A stretch of 64,000 bases of DNA from Octopus sinensis (GCF_006345805.1 NC_043003.1:21948001-22012000), one strand, 5' to 3'; counted from the stretch's first letter, positions 39,068 to 52,643 are shown. Program-made: numbers and translations. The notes: a model not told the origin generated them from the letters alone.

Positions 39068-41541
39068 TGTCTCAGACAGTCTATGAGCCATCTTAAACAT
39101 GTACTATAGAAATATTATTTAGAAATAGTAATTAATCTTTGCCTTTAAACAAGAAATTGATTCTTTTCAAGAGACTTGCATATTGTTAAGTAATATTATT
39201 TGATAGACTGCATAAAAATGTTCCTTTCTGTTGTAATAAAGTACCCTCCACCAAAAGAACTTCATGTGGAAAATAGCATCAAAATTTCCTCTTTCAAGAC
39301 AGCAGAATGTATCTAGGATACTATTGTATTCCTGAAAACATGATGGGATTTGTCATGGTTTGAATAACTTTCTTTGTAGGTCTGCTAAATGCTGACTTTG
39401 GGCTGAACAACATTTAAAACAAGTGTGTGTGTACGTACGCGCATGTGCACACACGCACACGCAGAGGATAATAGGTTAAACTATATGATGAAGTTTTTTT
39501 TTTGTTATCTAGAAGTGCCATAAATAAATAATGTGATTTTCTTCACTTTTAATTGATTTATATTTAAATGTGTTCGGAATAATGGTACTTGGTTCTATAA
39601 GTATTGCTTTTCATGAGGTCACAAATGTTAAGGAAGTATTATATATGCATACACTCTTCCTTTGGCGAAAGCTCAAGGAAAACTGATTTTCTATCAAATA
39701 CCTATCTCAAGCAGTCCAAACTTATATTGGAAAGATAATTTGTAGTCAGAATTCCATAGGAATGTTGCCATGTTTGGTAAAATCTGCCAAATTGAACCTG
39801 AAATGACTTTCTATATATGACATCAACTCCACATCCATTTATTTTTAAAGGCTGAGCCATTATGTAATGTTTTTGTTTTTTAAATAATTTTTTATTCCAT
39901 TAGTCATGTACTGTTCCGATGCATCTTAAATAGCATCAGAAGGGGTATTCATGGTAGTTGTGACCAAATTGCATTTCATTAAGTTGATAGCAAATTTTAG
40001 CAATTCTAAATGTCTTATACGTGACAGATGTATAATCTTGTTGTAATAATCTTCTTTATCATATTTAATAATAAATGCCATACCTTTAGTCTATCTTTAT
40101 TTCCTTGCATTGAGACTTTCTCTGAAGTACATATCAAATACAAATACAAAAAAGAAAAGAAAGAAAAAGAACATATAGCAAAATAAAACAAAAATAACAA
40201 TGGAAAATATCGTACACTGCATGACTAAAGTACAGTAAGAACAAGAATAACCTGATCTGCTCTTTTCAATCACTCTTAGTCATTAGCATTACTGATGTAT
40301 GTGTACATGTATGCATGTTTGTGCCTTCAATTTTTTGCTATCTGTTAATGTGCGCACATTTGCACACTAGTCAAGATCTGATGAAATCATGGATATCAAA
40401 AATAGCAACAAAATTCCAATACTTTTTTTTATTTTTTTATTCTCCAAAGTATGTGTGTGTAGTGTGACACAAATAACTAAATTTATACTTGACCTTCAAA
40501 ATGTGTTTATAGGTTAACAATCTGTGTTTAACATGTTCATTGAAGCATGCTGTTTTTATATATATTGTATTACATTCAATCCGAAGTAAGATTTTTTTTC
40601 ATCATTTATCTACTTTATGGACGCTGTTCCAGTGTATTATTGTAGTAAAATTTTCTATTCATTTCAGCATACATTTCATGTATGCTTTCATGATAGGTTT
40701 AGAAATGTTTTTGTTTATTGGTAATATGTATTTTCTTTCTTTGCTTTTGCATGTTATGCTATTGATTAATGAAGGGCTTGGCAATAAAGGGAACTTGCTA
40801 TATTTGGAGGGATACTGATAATGCTAGAATCCACTCTTGAATAAAGGGCTCAAGACCTAAAATTTGCCAAGACAAGATATCTATTTATTCGAGATAAACT
40901 GGAATGAGTTTGAGAATAAGTAATGGAAATTATTTTAGGAAATTTTTGGATAAAATCTGATATAGAAACTCCTCTTTATGTATCCAGCACATTTTTCTGA
41001 AATTTCCCAAAGATAACTGCCATATCTGTCCATAGATTTCAATTGTCATGGATTTTGGAAAACTAAAATACATGTATGTAAGAATAACCTAATTAATTTG
41101 GAGTAGTAAATGAGAATTAGAAAAACATTGAGCGAATGAAGGAAGAAAATTATCAAAGATATAGAGAGAGGAGTGGGGAAAATTTCTGTACTCTGATTCT
41201 TAAGCTCTTTCTATACTTGTCATCAATTGTTCCAATCTGGTAACAAGGTTTACTTCCTTTTGTGCAGAATGCATCAGGTGTTCTCTTTATTAATTGGGAA
41301 CTCTGTTGCAAAATAGTGACAGAAAATGTGTAATAGTATTGGCATCTATTTAATTTACAATGAAAATTCCTTTAGATATCAAATGTATAGCTATCATGGT
41401 TGCATTAGGTGCTGTATTGTTATATCAACTTAGTTTTGATTCTTTTTATTTCACTTACATTATTAATGCTCATATGAAAGGCATAAAATGTCAATAATTC
41501 ACCATCACCATTGTTGTTATTGTTATTATTATTTTATCACC

Positions 41542-41573
<32 letters not shown>

Positions 41574-42049
41574 TCAGGCAGCAACCTGGCAGAAACATTA
41601 GCATGCTGGGCAACATACTTAGTGGCATTTCGTTGTGAAGTTTGACTTAATAGTAGTTTGTTTGTTTCCTGTGAAAACAACAAAGAAACTCAGTACTTTT
41701 ATTAACATCTACTTCATTAGATATTTGTTCAGAGGCATTCCTGCCACGACCATCTATTCTTTTTTTGTATGCAGGGAATGCAAGATCACATTACTTTTCC
41801 AAAGACTGTGGGATATAATTTGGGGGAAATTTGGCTTTGATTTCTAACAGATCAGGTGACTACATCAGCTTGTGTGTGTGTGTGTGTTCCCCTTCCCTTC
41901 CACATTTATAGTTCTGTAACAGTAAGATAATACACCTGTATGTACAATTGGTCATTGTTTCCTTTATAAAAACTGCCTGATACTTGGTTAAGGAAGCTAC
42001 CAGGAATTGCTATTACATCTAATTAGTATCATTAATTTTCAATTCCATA

Positions 42050-42750
42050 GAAACTTCCGTGAAGATTTTTCTTTTTAATGCTGAAGTTGGAAAGATAATT
42101 TAATGATGATACTAGGGATGAAAGATTCAATGGCGATCATTTTTATTGAAATTCTTTCAGTGTATCCTATTTTCATTCTGAAGTCATTTGTCGATGGCAT
42201 TAATGTTCCTGACATATATTTGCATATATGAATATTCATTCTTAGTTTGTTAAAGCTTGTTGTGATGATTGGATAAGACTCTGGATTAGTCATGTGTTCA
42301 TACTGAGTGATTAGCACAGCATTGCTCTTATCAATAAGAATAATTACTCTGCTTCCATCAGCCTATTTGGATAAACTATAGGTAGGCCATGTCATTGCAT
42401 CTTTGGATAGAATTGTTGATGTCTCTTGCTAGAACATTTAATTTTATATGCTTCAATTCACCCATTGGAAAGAGGCACTAAATCTTCGGAAAATGTCACC
42501 TTGGACAGACTAGTGTCCTAATCAATGGGAGATTTGAATCAGTTTTCATCAATGATACCAAATGTAAGCAGTTGTTTCTGAGAAGTCTTAGGTTCTTTAG
42601 AAACATTGAAAATGATTAAAAGGAAGTTTGGTTTGACATTTTTTTCTCTGCACCTGATGAGAATTTGAAAATAAGGAGTTTTGGTATTCTAGATGAAAAT
42701 GACTATACCATTGTCATAGAATTGTTAAAGATTTTCCCCTCTTGATAAAG
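42050..42750 (-). pseudogene. Probable decayed Penelope-type RT N-terminal region
   Basis: VIILIDKSNAVLITQYEHMTNPESY resembles the PLE motif IVIxPADKGNAVVxxxxxxY. The rest is highly degraded. Confidence 0.4.
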
Positions 42751-45489
42751 TTCAGAGTATTTGAGTTCTATAATTACTAAAACTTATATAATTATTAAGA
42801 AATTTTGAAGAAGTGGCGTACTATTTATCATCATATTGATATGAATGAAGAAATGTTTGTAAATGTCAAATACTGTTAATATTTACCTCATATTATTACA
42901 CATTATTGTACAGTTTTATGTATTTTACAATTTATGTCTATTTTGTGTATGCAAGCACAATCATGTGTTAATTTTATGGTTTAAATACCTGATGTTTGAT
43001 CAGATATGACTAACTACTTATATTGGTTCTTTTTGTATTTTTTTTATTTGTATGACTATATAATTACTTCAATATGATACTTTACACAGTAAATGAAGAT
43101 AGATTGCGTATTGATATTGGTTTAACGTGCTTTTTATATAGATGATAATGTTGGTGTTCTTGTTTGGAACAAGTATTTTGCTTCAGGGTACTTAGTTTGA
43201 TATGAAAATCTAATCTAATCAAATGAAATGTATTATTTTTATCACGGCTGCACTATGCACATGAACTTGTGTACACATGTGCATACTTTCGCAGCCCCCC
43301 ACCTTTTGTTATTACAAATATATTTACATGTTTCCTGTTTTAGCAAGGTGATTTACAAATTTGGACAACTGTATGCTTTGTAGGAGCTTAGTAATTTAAA
43401 GCTGGTTGACTCTTGCAATACAAATAACTACTGAAATGTGGGAATAGTGTTTTGTAGCATATATTTTTCCTGTCCAGTCTGTTAAATCAATATGTTTTCA
43501 ACTGAATCATTTTACTTTCTTATATGCTGGTATGGGTAGGATGTGTTTTCATAGTTCAGTCAGTCCTCCTAGATTGGTTAAAGGATCATGTCTTGTTTGT
43601 ACAATCCAGTTTGGCAGGGTTTCTATAACTGGATGCACTTCTTTAAAGTCAGCTACTTTATGGAGTGTACTGGGTGCATTTCATTGAGGTACCCACACTG
43701 GAGAGGTTGCCTTGTCCCTTGCAGGATTAAAGAATCTTCTCTACATTGTCACATTTACCGTAAACAATCAGAGAGAGAGTGGTGATAGGGAAAGAAAGAA
43801 CCAAGGAGACAAGGTCAAAGAAGAGAGAGTATGAATAGGAGTATGACTAGTATTTATTATGTGTTCAGATTTCAAACTATATCAAGTTCAGCATTGCTTT
43901 TCATTCTTCTGGAGTGGATGAAATACCAGTGGTGTACTTGGGCTAATTTAATTGACTAAGCCTCTCCTTTATAAAAACTTGTAGCTTTCTTCAAAGTTAG
44001 AAATTAATTAATTTCCAAAAATAGTAACATACCAGATTAAATAAACTACTTGCTGTTTTATTCATTTCTGTGTTTGTGTTGTTTAGAAGGGGACTTATTT
44101 CGAGGCAGCATTTTATGGCCAGATGCTCTTCTCATCACCAATTTGTTTTCAAAAAAGGATTTTTTTCTTCTCCCCAACTGGTTTTCAAAAGTGTCAAACG
44201 GTCATTTGTACAAGAAATGTAAACATCACTATATTGCACATATGGTGATGAGCAAAACCATAGAATGTCAACATGTGCACACACACATATACATGTGCGA
44301 CTGGCTTCCATACAGTTTCCATCTATCAATTCTATTACAAGGCATTGATGAGCCTTAGAAGGAACTTGCCCAAGGTGCCATGATTACTCAATAAAATAAA
44401 TGATCAATAAGATAAATACTAGGCTTGTACTGGATCAACCAATCCATTTGATTATATTCCTACTATACAGAATTATGGCAATGTGTCACTGGAATTCAGT
44501 ATTGCTGGTATTTGGAGAATTAATTGAATCCAGTGCAGAGAAGAGTGAAACAGTTCTGTCTAGAATTATACCTATCATGAAAATAATGAAAAATTGCTCA
44601 AGACACAGTGGAGAAAACAAAGGAGTAAAGGTAATTTACAATACCTACATAAGAACTGAGGGAAAAATTCTAATTAAATATTTTTATTTTAAAGAGAAAG
44701 TATTTGTAGTTTTAACTAATGAAGTACTATACTATTTTATTTGAATGTTATGTTCTACCTTTAATTGAAGAACATGAAGGATAAATGGCACAAGAATTAT
44801 TTGTTGGATATAGGTTGGCATTCTGTTTTTTGTTTACTTAGCTGTTCCTTGCAAATTTAATTAGGCGAGTATTTTCCCAAGTTCCAATTACACTATTGCC
44901 AGTATGGGATTATTTTATTTTTAGTTTATCTTTTTTTTTTTGTTCTTGTTGCTAGAAATCCAACTCCAAATAGAGCGATTGTTCTGAATTCTATTTAAAG
45001 ATTAGGTAAACGTAAAGAGAAATAGTATTAAGAAAGATAAAAGTATTTAAACTATGTGATAATTGCTTAGAATGAATGTAGTTTGTACGTGCATGCTTTA
45101 ATGCCCATTTTTTCTAGTGTGCATGCGTGTGTAGGAGAGGAATTGGCTATTACCTATTTTCTGAATGTTGTCTTTTAGTTAGATGATTCTAGCTTAAAAT
45201 TTGTTAAGAGAGAGCCTACTTGACAGACAGTTGCTTAGTGAAGTAATATAATGGCTTGGCAAAGCTTTGACTTGGCTGATTTCAGTCTGGGAAATTTACT
45301 TTAGACAGAGTATCAGCCGTTCAGTAGTTTTTCAGGTTCACAGAATAAAATTTGGTTAATTTCTCCTCATTGCCTAATGGATACTTTGAAGAGAAGAAAG
45401 TTGGATTTATTACTGCAAAGCCTGCTGCTTTGGTATGCTATCATGTGCCTGAACTCTACTGTCATAATAATAATGATAATAATAATCCT

Positions 45490-45730
45490 TTCTACTATAG
45501 ACATAAAGCCTGGATTTTGTGGGGAGGGGGACAGTCAATCATATTGACCCCAATACTCAACTGGTACTTATTTTATCGACCCCAATACTCAACTGGTACT
45601 TATTTTATCGACCCCCAAAAGGATGAAAGGCAAAGTTGACCCCAGTAGCATTTGAACTCAGAGTGTAAAGTCGGACAAAACACTGCTAAGCATTTTGCTC
45701 GGTGTGCTAATGATTCTGCCAGCTCACTGC
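45490..45730 (-). mobile_element. SINE family A copy with an internal 32-bp tandem duplication (45546-45609)
   Basis: gaccccaatactcaactggtacttattttatc x2; head ggcagtgagctggcagaatcattagcac on the minus strand. Confidence 0.85.
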
Positions 45731-45829
45731 CCTAATAATAATAATAAGAAGAAGAAGAATAATATAATGGCTTCAAATTTTAGTATAAAGCTAGCAATTT
45801 TGGGGGAAGCGGGTAATTTGGTTATATTG

Positions 45830-46910
45830 ACTCCAGGTAAAATCAACCTGCCAGTGGACCTCTGTAGGAATTTGGTGGAAACTGTTTTTGCACATAACAA
45901 TAGCAATGCACTTGAGTCCGTCTCATGCAAGACTGTCTTCTCATGGACCCCATCTACCTCTTGGATCATCAAGTGTTTCTTGTTACATTACACCATCACA
46001 GTGTGTGCTGATGAAGTTCTTATGCACACTCTCTCTTACCCCACACTAGCAACTCTGGTGTGCACCAAAGTTCAGTTTTGTCCCCAATGCTATTCCTCTG
46101 ATACATCGATTACTTACTTTGCTGTCACTTCTAACAAAGCCCTCTTCTATAGAATTGATACTGCTCTCGTTCATCTCATCTTACATACTTGATGCTGTCC
46201 ACGTGCAACCTGAATAACCAGGCTATACCTGCACTACTCCCATAAAGATCATACTAATCTTGTCTCTTTCTATAACAAAGACAACCACTATACATATCAC
46301 AAAAACAACGTTGCCAACTCCAGTTTCAAACACAAACAACACACAGCTAGAATCACCAATGCTACAAATACCTCCTACCAATGAGGTACTCTCCTGATAA
46401 ATGCACAATCTCAACATAGCAAACTTGCATCACAAAGACTGCTGTTCCTCTTCAAAGCCAGAAAATATTTCAGCCCCAGAAAATACATAGGCCTTCAACA
46501 GCTACTGACCCTTTACAAAACTCAGGTGAGACCCAAAATAGAGTACTGTTCTTACATCTGGGACAGTGCTGTTGCTACATATACCAACATCCTAGACCAG
46601 ATCTTTCAAAGGTGGCTCAGCTGATTCACATGTAGTCCAACCTCAGGTTCACAAGCATGATGTCTCCTCACTTTGCCCCCCCCCCTTTTTATTGCTTCTA
46701 TAATGGCTTCTCCTTTGGCTCAAACCTCTCTGGTCTCATCTCGCCTTCACTGACTTTGGATGTGTTCATCTCTGACCATCTCTATCGCACCCCCATCCCA
46801 AATATGTATGGATCACTTTAACCAGTCCTTCTTTAAGAAATATCATCCTTTTTGAATTCTCTCTCCCATTCATGTTTTTTTCCTGCAGCCATCAGCTTGC
46901 AACTGTTCAG
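45830..46910 (+). pseudogene. CR1/L2/Jockey-group LINE RT fossil
   Basis: SGVHQSSVLSPMLFL*YID (46054-46110; cf. GVPQGSVLSPxLF) and VRPKIEYCSYIWDSA (about 46527-46571). Confidence 0.8.
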
Positions 46911-48838
46911 AAACATTAACCATATTGATCTCACTGAGCCTAGAAAGCTCCAAAAGCTATAAGCACAGACCAAACCAATAACAGAAATATTAGTACTTGA
47001 ATATCACGGTGACCTACTTACTAAAGCTATAGCTATAATTTACTTCAGTCTGAACAGTCTTGTTAGCGGCTTTGTCAAATACTTTCAGGGACATCATTTG
47101 TACTGAAACTTCCTCAAGAAGTTTTTCCATGTTTGCTGAAGCTGGTTAAATTAATTGTAATGATGGCTTTCACTATAATTTAAAAGTAAAAGATTCTGAA
47201 CTTATTTCTCTTGTGTCATGTTGAATTTAATGAGAACCTCTCATAGCAAATGAAGTAAGTTTAATTTCTTGAGTTAACTAATAGCTACCAAAATTAAATT
47301 AGCAACTAATAATTATTGCATCCAGGAAGAGTTTTGCCTTTGTTATTTTCCTTTCAGTTCAGACCAGTCTATTGCTGAATGTCTTATAAGGAACTATTTT
47401 GTTACAGGATAAATACTGCTCTGCTTTTCAAATAGCAAGTGAATTTTCAGTAATTTTATTATTTAAAGTTGAAATTAAATCAGTTGTTTTGCTCTTCATT
47501 CATCTGCTGTCAGTTCTAAATAAAATTAAGTCTGGCAACTAGATGAATAGTTTTTTAATAATATTCATGAAGAATATTTTAAGTTTCCATTTGTTCTTAT
47601 TGGGTTCCTTTCATTAGCATCGCCACCATCTCATAAATATGGTAAAATTTTGTTGGAATTTTGGATGCAAATGCATTTTACTTTCATTTACACTAAAGTG
47701 ATTTTTCTGCTCCCTTCAAGCTGGTTATCTATTTGAGTATCAGCGTTTGTATTTCTCATTACGTTTAATTTAACTGAGACGCAGTTTCTAATCTTAATTG
47801 TTATAGCACTTCTTGGAAATTTATGTAGGGGAGTTATTTTTGTTTCGATTCAAACAAATGATAAAAAGACAGTATATAAAATGAATAAATAATAATCCAA
47901 CATTAAAAAGAGAAAGCATTCGGTAATATAGTTTACAAATACTTGAATTTGTTGTATAATGATTCTTATCTGAATCATTATTACGGAATCATACTTGGAG
48001 TGATATAAGTTGTGCTTATTTTAAAATGTGTCTATTTGCATGTGTATGAAGGAATGAGGTTACAATATGAATGTACTATAATTTTTTTTTTAATGTTACA
48101 TTCCAAAGTGATCATATTTTAATTTTGTGATTTTCTAGATATAGAATTAACATGCTGGCAGAATCATTAAGGCATTAGAAAATTTGCTGTGTAGTATTTC
48201 TTCTGATGCTCTATATTCTAAGTTCAAATCTTGATATGGTTGACTCTGCCCTTCATCTTTTCAGTTTCAATGAAACAAAGTACCCGTCAAGTACTGGTGC
48301 CATTGGTGTTGATTAAGCCCCCTCCCCCCAAAGTTGCTGGCATTGTACCTAAATCAAAAACCATTATGATATTCTTATACTGACAGAATGGCTTTTAATG
48401 TATTAACAGTTTTGTGAAAAAAAGAAAAAGATATATCTAATGAATAGACTGGCCATATGTTTCAATTAATTTTCAATATAATTAAGATTTTGGAGAGCTG
48501 TATGAAAATATCAATAACTTTATATATTGATATATTATGCTGGTGTTAACTAAAGCCTCATAATATCAATCATAATATAAGAAGATTTTAATTGAGATTA
48601 TAATTTAAATAGAGATACAACATGGATTTTCTGGTATCTTTGGTTCCAATGTCTTTCTGGATTACTAATTTTTTTTCCTATCCAGAGGTGGTCACCTTGG
48701 TCAACACACTATGTTAAATAAATATTCAATTTACTTAAACAATTAAATGAATACAGGTACCTGTATATCAGTGTAATTAATACACTAGTAAACTTCTCTG
48801 GCAGCTGTGGGAATTTGAAGTTTCTGCTTTTAAATTAG

Positions 48839-48874
48839 TGCAAATTATAAGGCGTTCTGGACCACCGGTGTCTG
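48839..48874 (+). CDS. Candidate host exon A (xQIIRRSGPPVS, phase 1-1)
   Basis: tttctgcttttaaattag|36 nt, GC-richer than flanks|gtaagt. Confidence 0.45.
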
Positions 48875-49499
48875 GTAAGTTGGTGTTGTACCTGTATAAA
48901 CTCTTTTGTATGGGCATTGCCAGGCAGGTTGCTACTAAAAGGGTCAAATATATAATTCTTTTTTTTCCCTTTTGTAAACCTGCCTCCTTCATTCACTTCA
49001 ACATTAGTCACAACATGATTTATAATTAGTACAGTTGGTAATATGTATTCGCCATTACTGATACTTCAATCAACTATGTTGTTGAAAGGGCAACTCATTG
49101 ATATTTAAAATTAAAAATAGTTGCATATTGTAGACCAGTTTGGATATTAACATCTGTTGACTGATTTACTCTAGCAAAAATATTTGTCAGATTATTATTG
49201 CAAGATTTTATGCTTATCCTAGTGTATTTTGCATTTCACAAGAAAAAAAGAAAAAAAAGAAAAGAAAAAACAGGCCAAGATAACAAGAAGTTTGGAATAA
49301 TTGATGAAGGGATAAAATAGCATTTTGAAATGTTAAGTAAACAACATGTTTGTGGAAAAATAATGTTTTTAGCTAATTGTTGTTTCAAGTAGTACAGTTT
49401 CTTGATAATTGCAGTCACAAACTTAGTTTCTCTATTCTTGTGTCCACATAAGGGGAAAGCTGATAATTTTTGTTTCTCTAGTCTTTTGTCTTTTATTTG

Positions 49500-49790
49500 T
49501 TTCATTCATTGAACTGCAGCCATTCTGGAACAGATGCCAATCTCTTTTGCCAAACTATCAAGTTTCAGGGACGTAAACAAACCAACACTAGTTGTCAAGC
49601 AGTAGTGGACACGCAGACGTAACACACATGACAGGCTTATTTCAGTTTCCATCTACCAAATCCATTTGCACAGCGTTGGTCAGCTTGGGGCTATAGTAGA
49701 AGACACTTGCTCAAGGTGCCATGCGATAGGATTGAACTTATGACCACATGGTTGGGAAACCAGTTTCTCAGAACACACAGCCATGCTGAA
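49500..49790 (-). mobile_element. Degraded SINE family B copy
   Basis: aggcttatttcagtttccatctaccaaatcc..gtagaagacacttgctcaaggtgcc..accacatggttggg. Confidence 0.8.
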
Positions 49791-50162
49791 TATTATTAAA
49801 AGGAAAAAAGAAGATATTACAACAAACTATATGTTTGCATTGGCCAGCTCTGATCCAACTTATTCAAACTGATTTAAATGCAAGAAGTTATATTACACTT
49901 TAGTATTTTATGAATTTATTGACAATTAACTTGGTATCCAGGTAGTGTCGAAGAATAGTCACTATCCAATATGTTGCCAGATCAATTCTGCAAGGTGCTA
50001 ATTGTGCACATGTTAACTTGTCAATTCCTTACAATAAAATGATTTTCGTAATTTTTGAAGTGACTTAGCTAAGCCAAGACTATCCAACTAGACCTTGTTT
50101 CATTCCCACCTCCTCTTTCTTTGTGATTCCTACCCTCCATTTTTCTCTCTCTTTGTAATCAG

Positions 50163-50224
50163 GACTTGCAGCAATTTCTGGATTGTTGTTGTCAACAGCA
50201 AACATTTTGTTTGTGCTGCTTTCA
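50163..50224 (+). CDS. Candidate host exon B (GLAAISGLLLSTANILFVLLS, phase 1-0)
   Basis: Very long pyrimidine tract ending gtaatcag, donor gtattg. Caveat: all three frames are open. Confidence 0.4.
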
Positions 50225-51383
50225 GTATTGCTGAGTTGAAAAACTTGCTCTCTTTATTTATTCAGTTGCTTACATTTTCATTGCCTTCAATAAAGTAAAG
50301 AAAGAAATGATTGAAATTGAACATTCTAGTTTCCATGGAATTTGATGTTATATTGTATTAGCGTTCAGAATTAAATAGTATTATTTATATATTAACGAGT
50401 TTTACCATTAAATTTTAATAGAATTGGTTTTTCACCCCCCACCTCCCACCTCAGTTCAATTGCACTTCATGGTGTAACTTACCTTAAGTATATTTACAAA
50501 ATGAATGCAATAATTTTCTTCGTGAATTTCAGATAAACCATACTTTAAATTAAATGTTTTTCACTTTCTTTTAAAAGTTTTATATTTTGTATATATATAT
50601 TTCGTAAAGTATGTAGTATATAATTACTTATTTATAAATTGCATTAGAAATTATTTCATCATTGAAATTACTGGAAATGTAAAATTAGTATTCATTCAGT
50701 ATTGTAACTTTGAGAAGTTTGATGTTTCATAACAAAACAAAGAAAAAGAGAAGAAAAAAAGAAAAAAAAGCAATTAGTCGGCTGGTTTCTGATATCTTGA
50801 ACTAGCTAAGAATTTGAAGCACAAAATAAATGATATACAAAAGTGTTAAATATTATGAAGACATCAATTTTAGACTTTGTATCGTTATTAGTTTTTCATT
50901 CATTTTATACATATTTTCAACTCTAATAAATTATTTAATTATATTTCTTGAAATATTTTTACTTCAGAATATGAAGTAAATTTTTTTTTCTTCTCCTGAA
51001 TGTGCCTCGATACAGGTTTTAACTGCTGGCATTCATTTGTTTAAAATATTTTGTAAAATATATCGATTATTTTTGTAGTGAACAACAGTACAAGTAGTTA
51101 AGGCCTGAAGACTGGATTTTTCATATGATGTGGGAGTAGTAAATAAATTTTGTAAATTAGACAACACAGTTGTATGTAGGTGTCAAGTCAGCTCTGATCA
51201 AGCTAGCCTACAACATGCAAGTAGTCATCCAAAGAGGACTAGATGCAATTTCCAAATATATATTTCAGATAAACTTTGCTTTTGGGTCAATGAAGAACAG
51301 ACTACATTCTGACAGAATCTGCTTAACTGCATGGGTTTAAAGTTGCAGTCTGGACATGATGTATTCTCTTTATATTCTTGTAG

Positions 51384-51455
51384 ATTCTAAGTGGACTTAA
51401 TCAAAGCATGGCAGTTGCTGTCATTCTGTACTTATTGTTTGTGGTGTGTGCCTCG
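51384..51455 (+). CDS. Candidate host exon C (ILSGLNQSMAVAVILYLLFVVCAS, phase 0-0); could alternatively carry a start codon at 51408 plus a signal peptide
   Basis: gtattctctttatattcttgtag|...|gtatag. Only this frame is open; aagcATGG context at 51408. Confidence 0.42.
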
Positions 51456-52444
51456 GTATAGTATTTAGGGTTAATGAAGTTATTAACGCTGCTAGTGTTA
51501 AGTGCTTTTTAGAATGGTGTTGTACATGTACCTGGGTATTTTAGAGTAATTATTAAATGCATAATAGATAGAATGTAAATGGACAGAAAAGACGCCACCA
51601 GGTAATTTTGTTTTTGCGTCAGTTTCTTGGTAATTCCTTGCTGATACACACATGCATTCATGCACATGTATGTGGGAATATTATCTGTCATAAAGTAGGT
51701 AATGTTGGGAATATATATTATGCTGCTCTGGGTTATCAGGTAATTTTATATAGATACAGTAACTATAATTTTACATTTTGTGATGAAATATGTATTTTCA
51801 AAGTAAAAATATACATTAAAATAGATTAAAATTATTTTAAATTTCTCATATATTATTAATAACAACATTAGAGTTTAATCATCAATTTATTACAACTATA
51901 ACATTGCCTTATTTTACCAAACTGGCAAAAAGTTCGTGTCTCAACTTCCCCTGTCATATGATGGATATCATTCTAGTTAGTGTATAGTAACCATGCATGA
52001 GGAAGTCTATAAGATCTGTGTTATCTCTCTCTTTAGAGACAGAAATATGGTAGATTCTGCTGGTTATATTAACAAAATACACATATATATATGTGATGAG
52101 CTTTCACAGTTTCCATCTACTAAATTTCACTGACAAGATCATTATGGGTATCAAACTTAGAACCATATAGTGGTAAAGCTAACATCATTACCACACTACC
52201 ATGTCTGCAACCATTATATATATGCTGGACCACTATTTTTTCATTCTCTCTCTGTTTATTTTCTCTTATTCCTTTCTGTTGAAGAGCATAGGCTCAAAAC
52301 CTAAAAGACTTTTTCATTTTCCTGAGCGTCAAATTAATACACTTGCTTGTTGTTCATACACCTGTCTTCATCTTTTGTTTTTCTATAAATTTCAACTACA
52401 TATATATATATATATACTTTATTTTAAGCAGCAGAAAATTCAAC

Positions 52445-52492
52445 AAAATCTGTTACTCTGAGTTTCTCGTTGCCGTTCATCAGACAGTTTTT
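52445..52492 (-). ncRNA. Mirror copy of the minimal hammerhead motif
   Basis: Exact reverse complement of 52499-52546. Confidence 0.7.
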
Positions 52493-52498
52493 GCTAGC

Positions 52499-52546
52499 AA
52501 AAACTGTCTGATGAACGGCAACGAGAAACTCAGAGTAACAGATTTT
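52499..52546 (+). ncRNA. Minimal type I hammerhead ribozyme motif
   Basis: AAAAACUGU-CUGAUGA-A.CG(GCAA)CG.A-GAAA-CUC(A)GAG-UA-ACAGAUUUU: intact CUGANGA and GAAA cores, GUA triplet (cut after 52537), stem I CUGU/ACAG, GNRA-capped stem II, very short stem III. The stem II closing pair is an A.A mismatch. Confidence 0.7.
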
Positions 52547-52643
52547 GTTGAATTTTCTGCTGCTTAAAATAAAGCATATTACTCTACCACTGGTATTTGA
52601 GTACTCTTTTTTCCACCTTGTTTCACATTTATGTGTTTACTCC

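Noticed and set aside
42655-42680. CTGATGAGAATTTGAAAAT, another CUGAUGA..GAAA spacing
   Set aside because: No credible stem I or III or NUH site; it is antisense to the Penelope fossil. Other CTGATGA hits (5833, 10462, 46007) lack GAAA.
43237-43290. Small hairpin ggctgc..tatgcacatg/catgtgcata..gcagcc
   Set aside because: The core is built from self-complementary TGCA/CATG low-complexity sequence that is common throughout the window.
44400-45433. ORF 44400-44744 and a possible exon near 45330-45433 (MDTLKRRKLDLLLQSLLL)
   Set aside because: Their phases do not join to the 48.8-kb exon in its productive frame, and no homology is recognised.
45695-46192. 165-aa ORF
   Set aside because: It is a chimera of an antisense SINE, simple repeats and an off-frame reading of the LINE RT fossil.
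47020-47146. Minus-strand open segment MEKLLEEVSVQMMSLKVFDKAANKTVQTE
   Set aside because: Protein-like but short, with a mediocre acceptor, next to a LINE fossil and with no supported partner exons.
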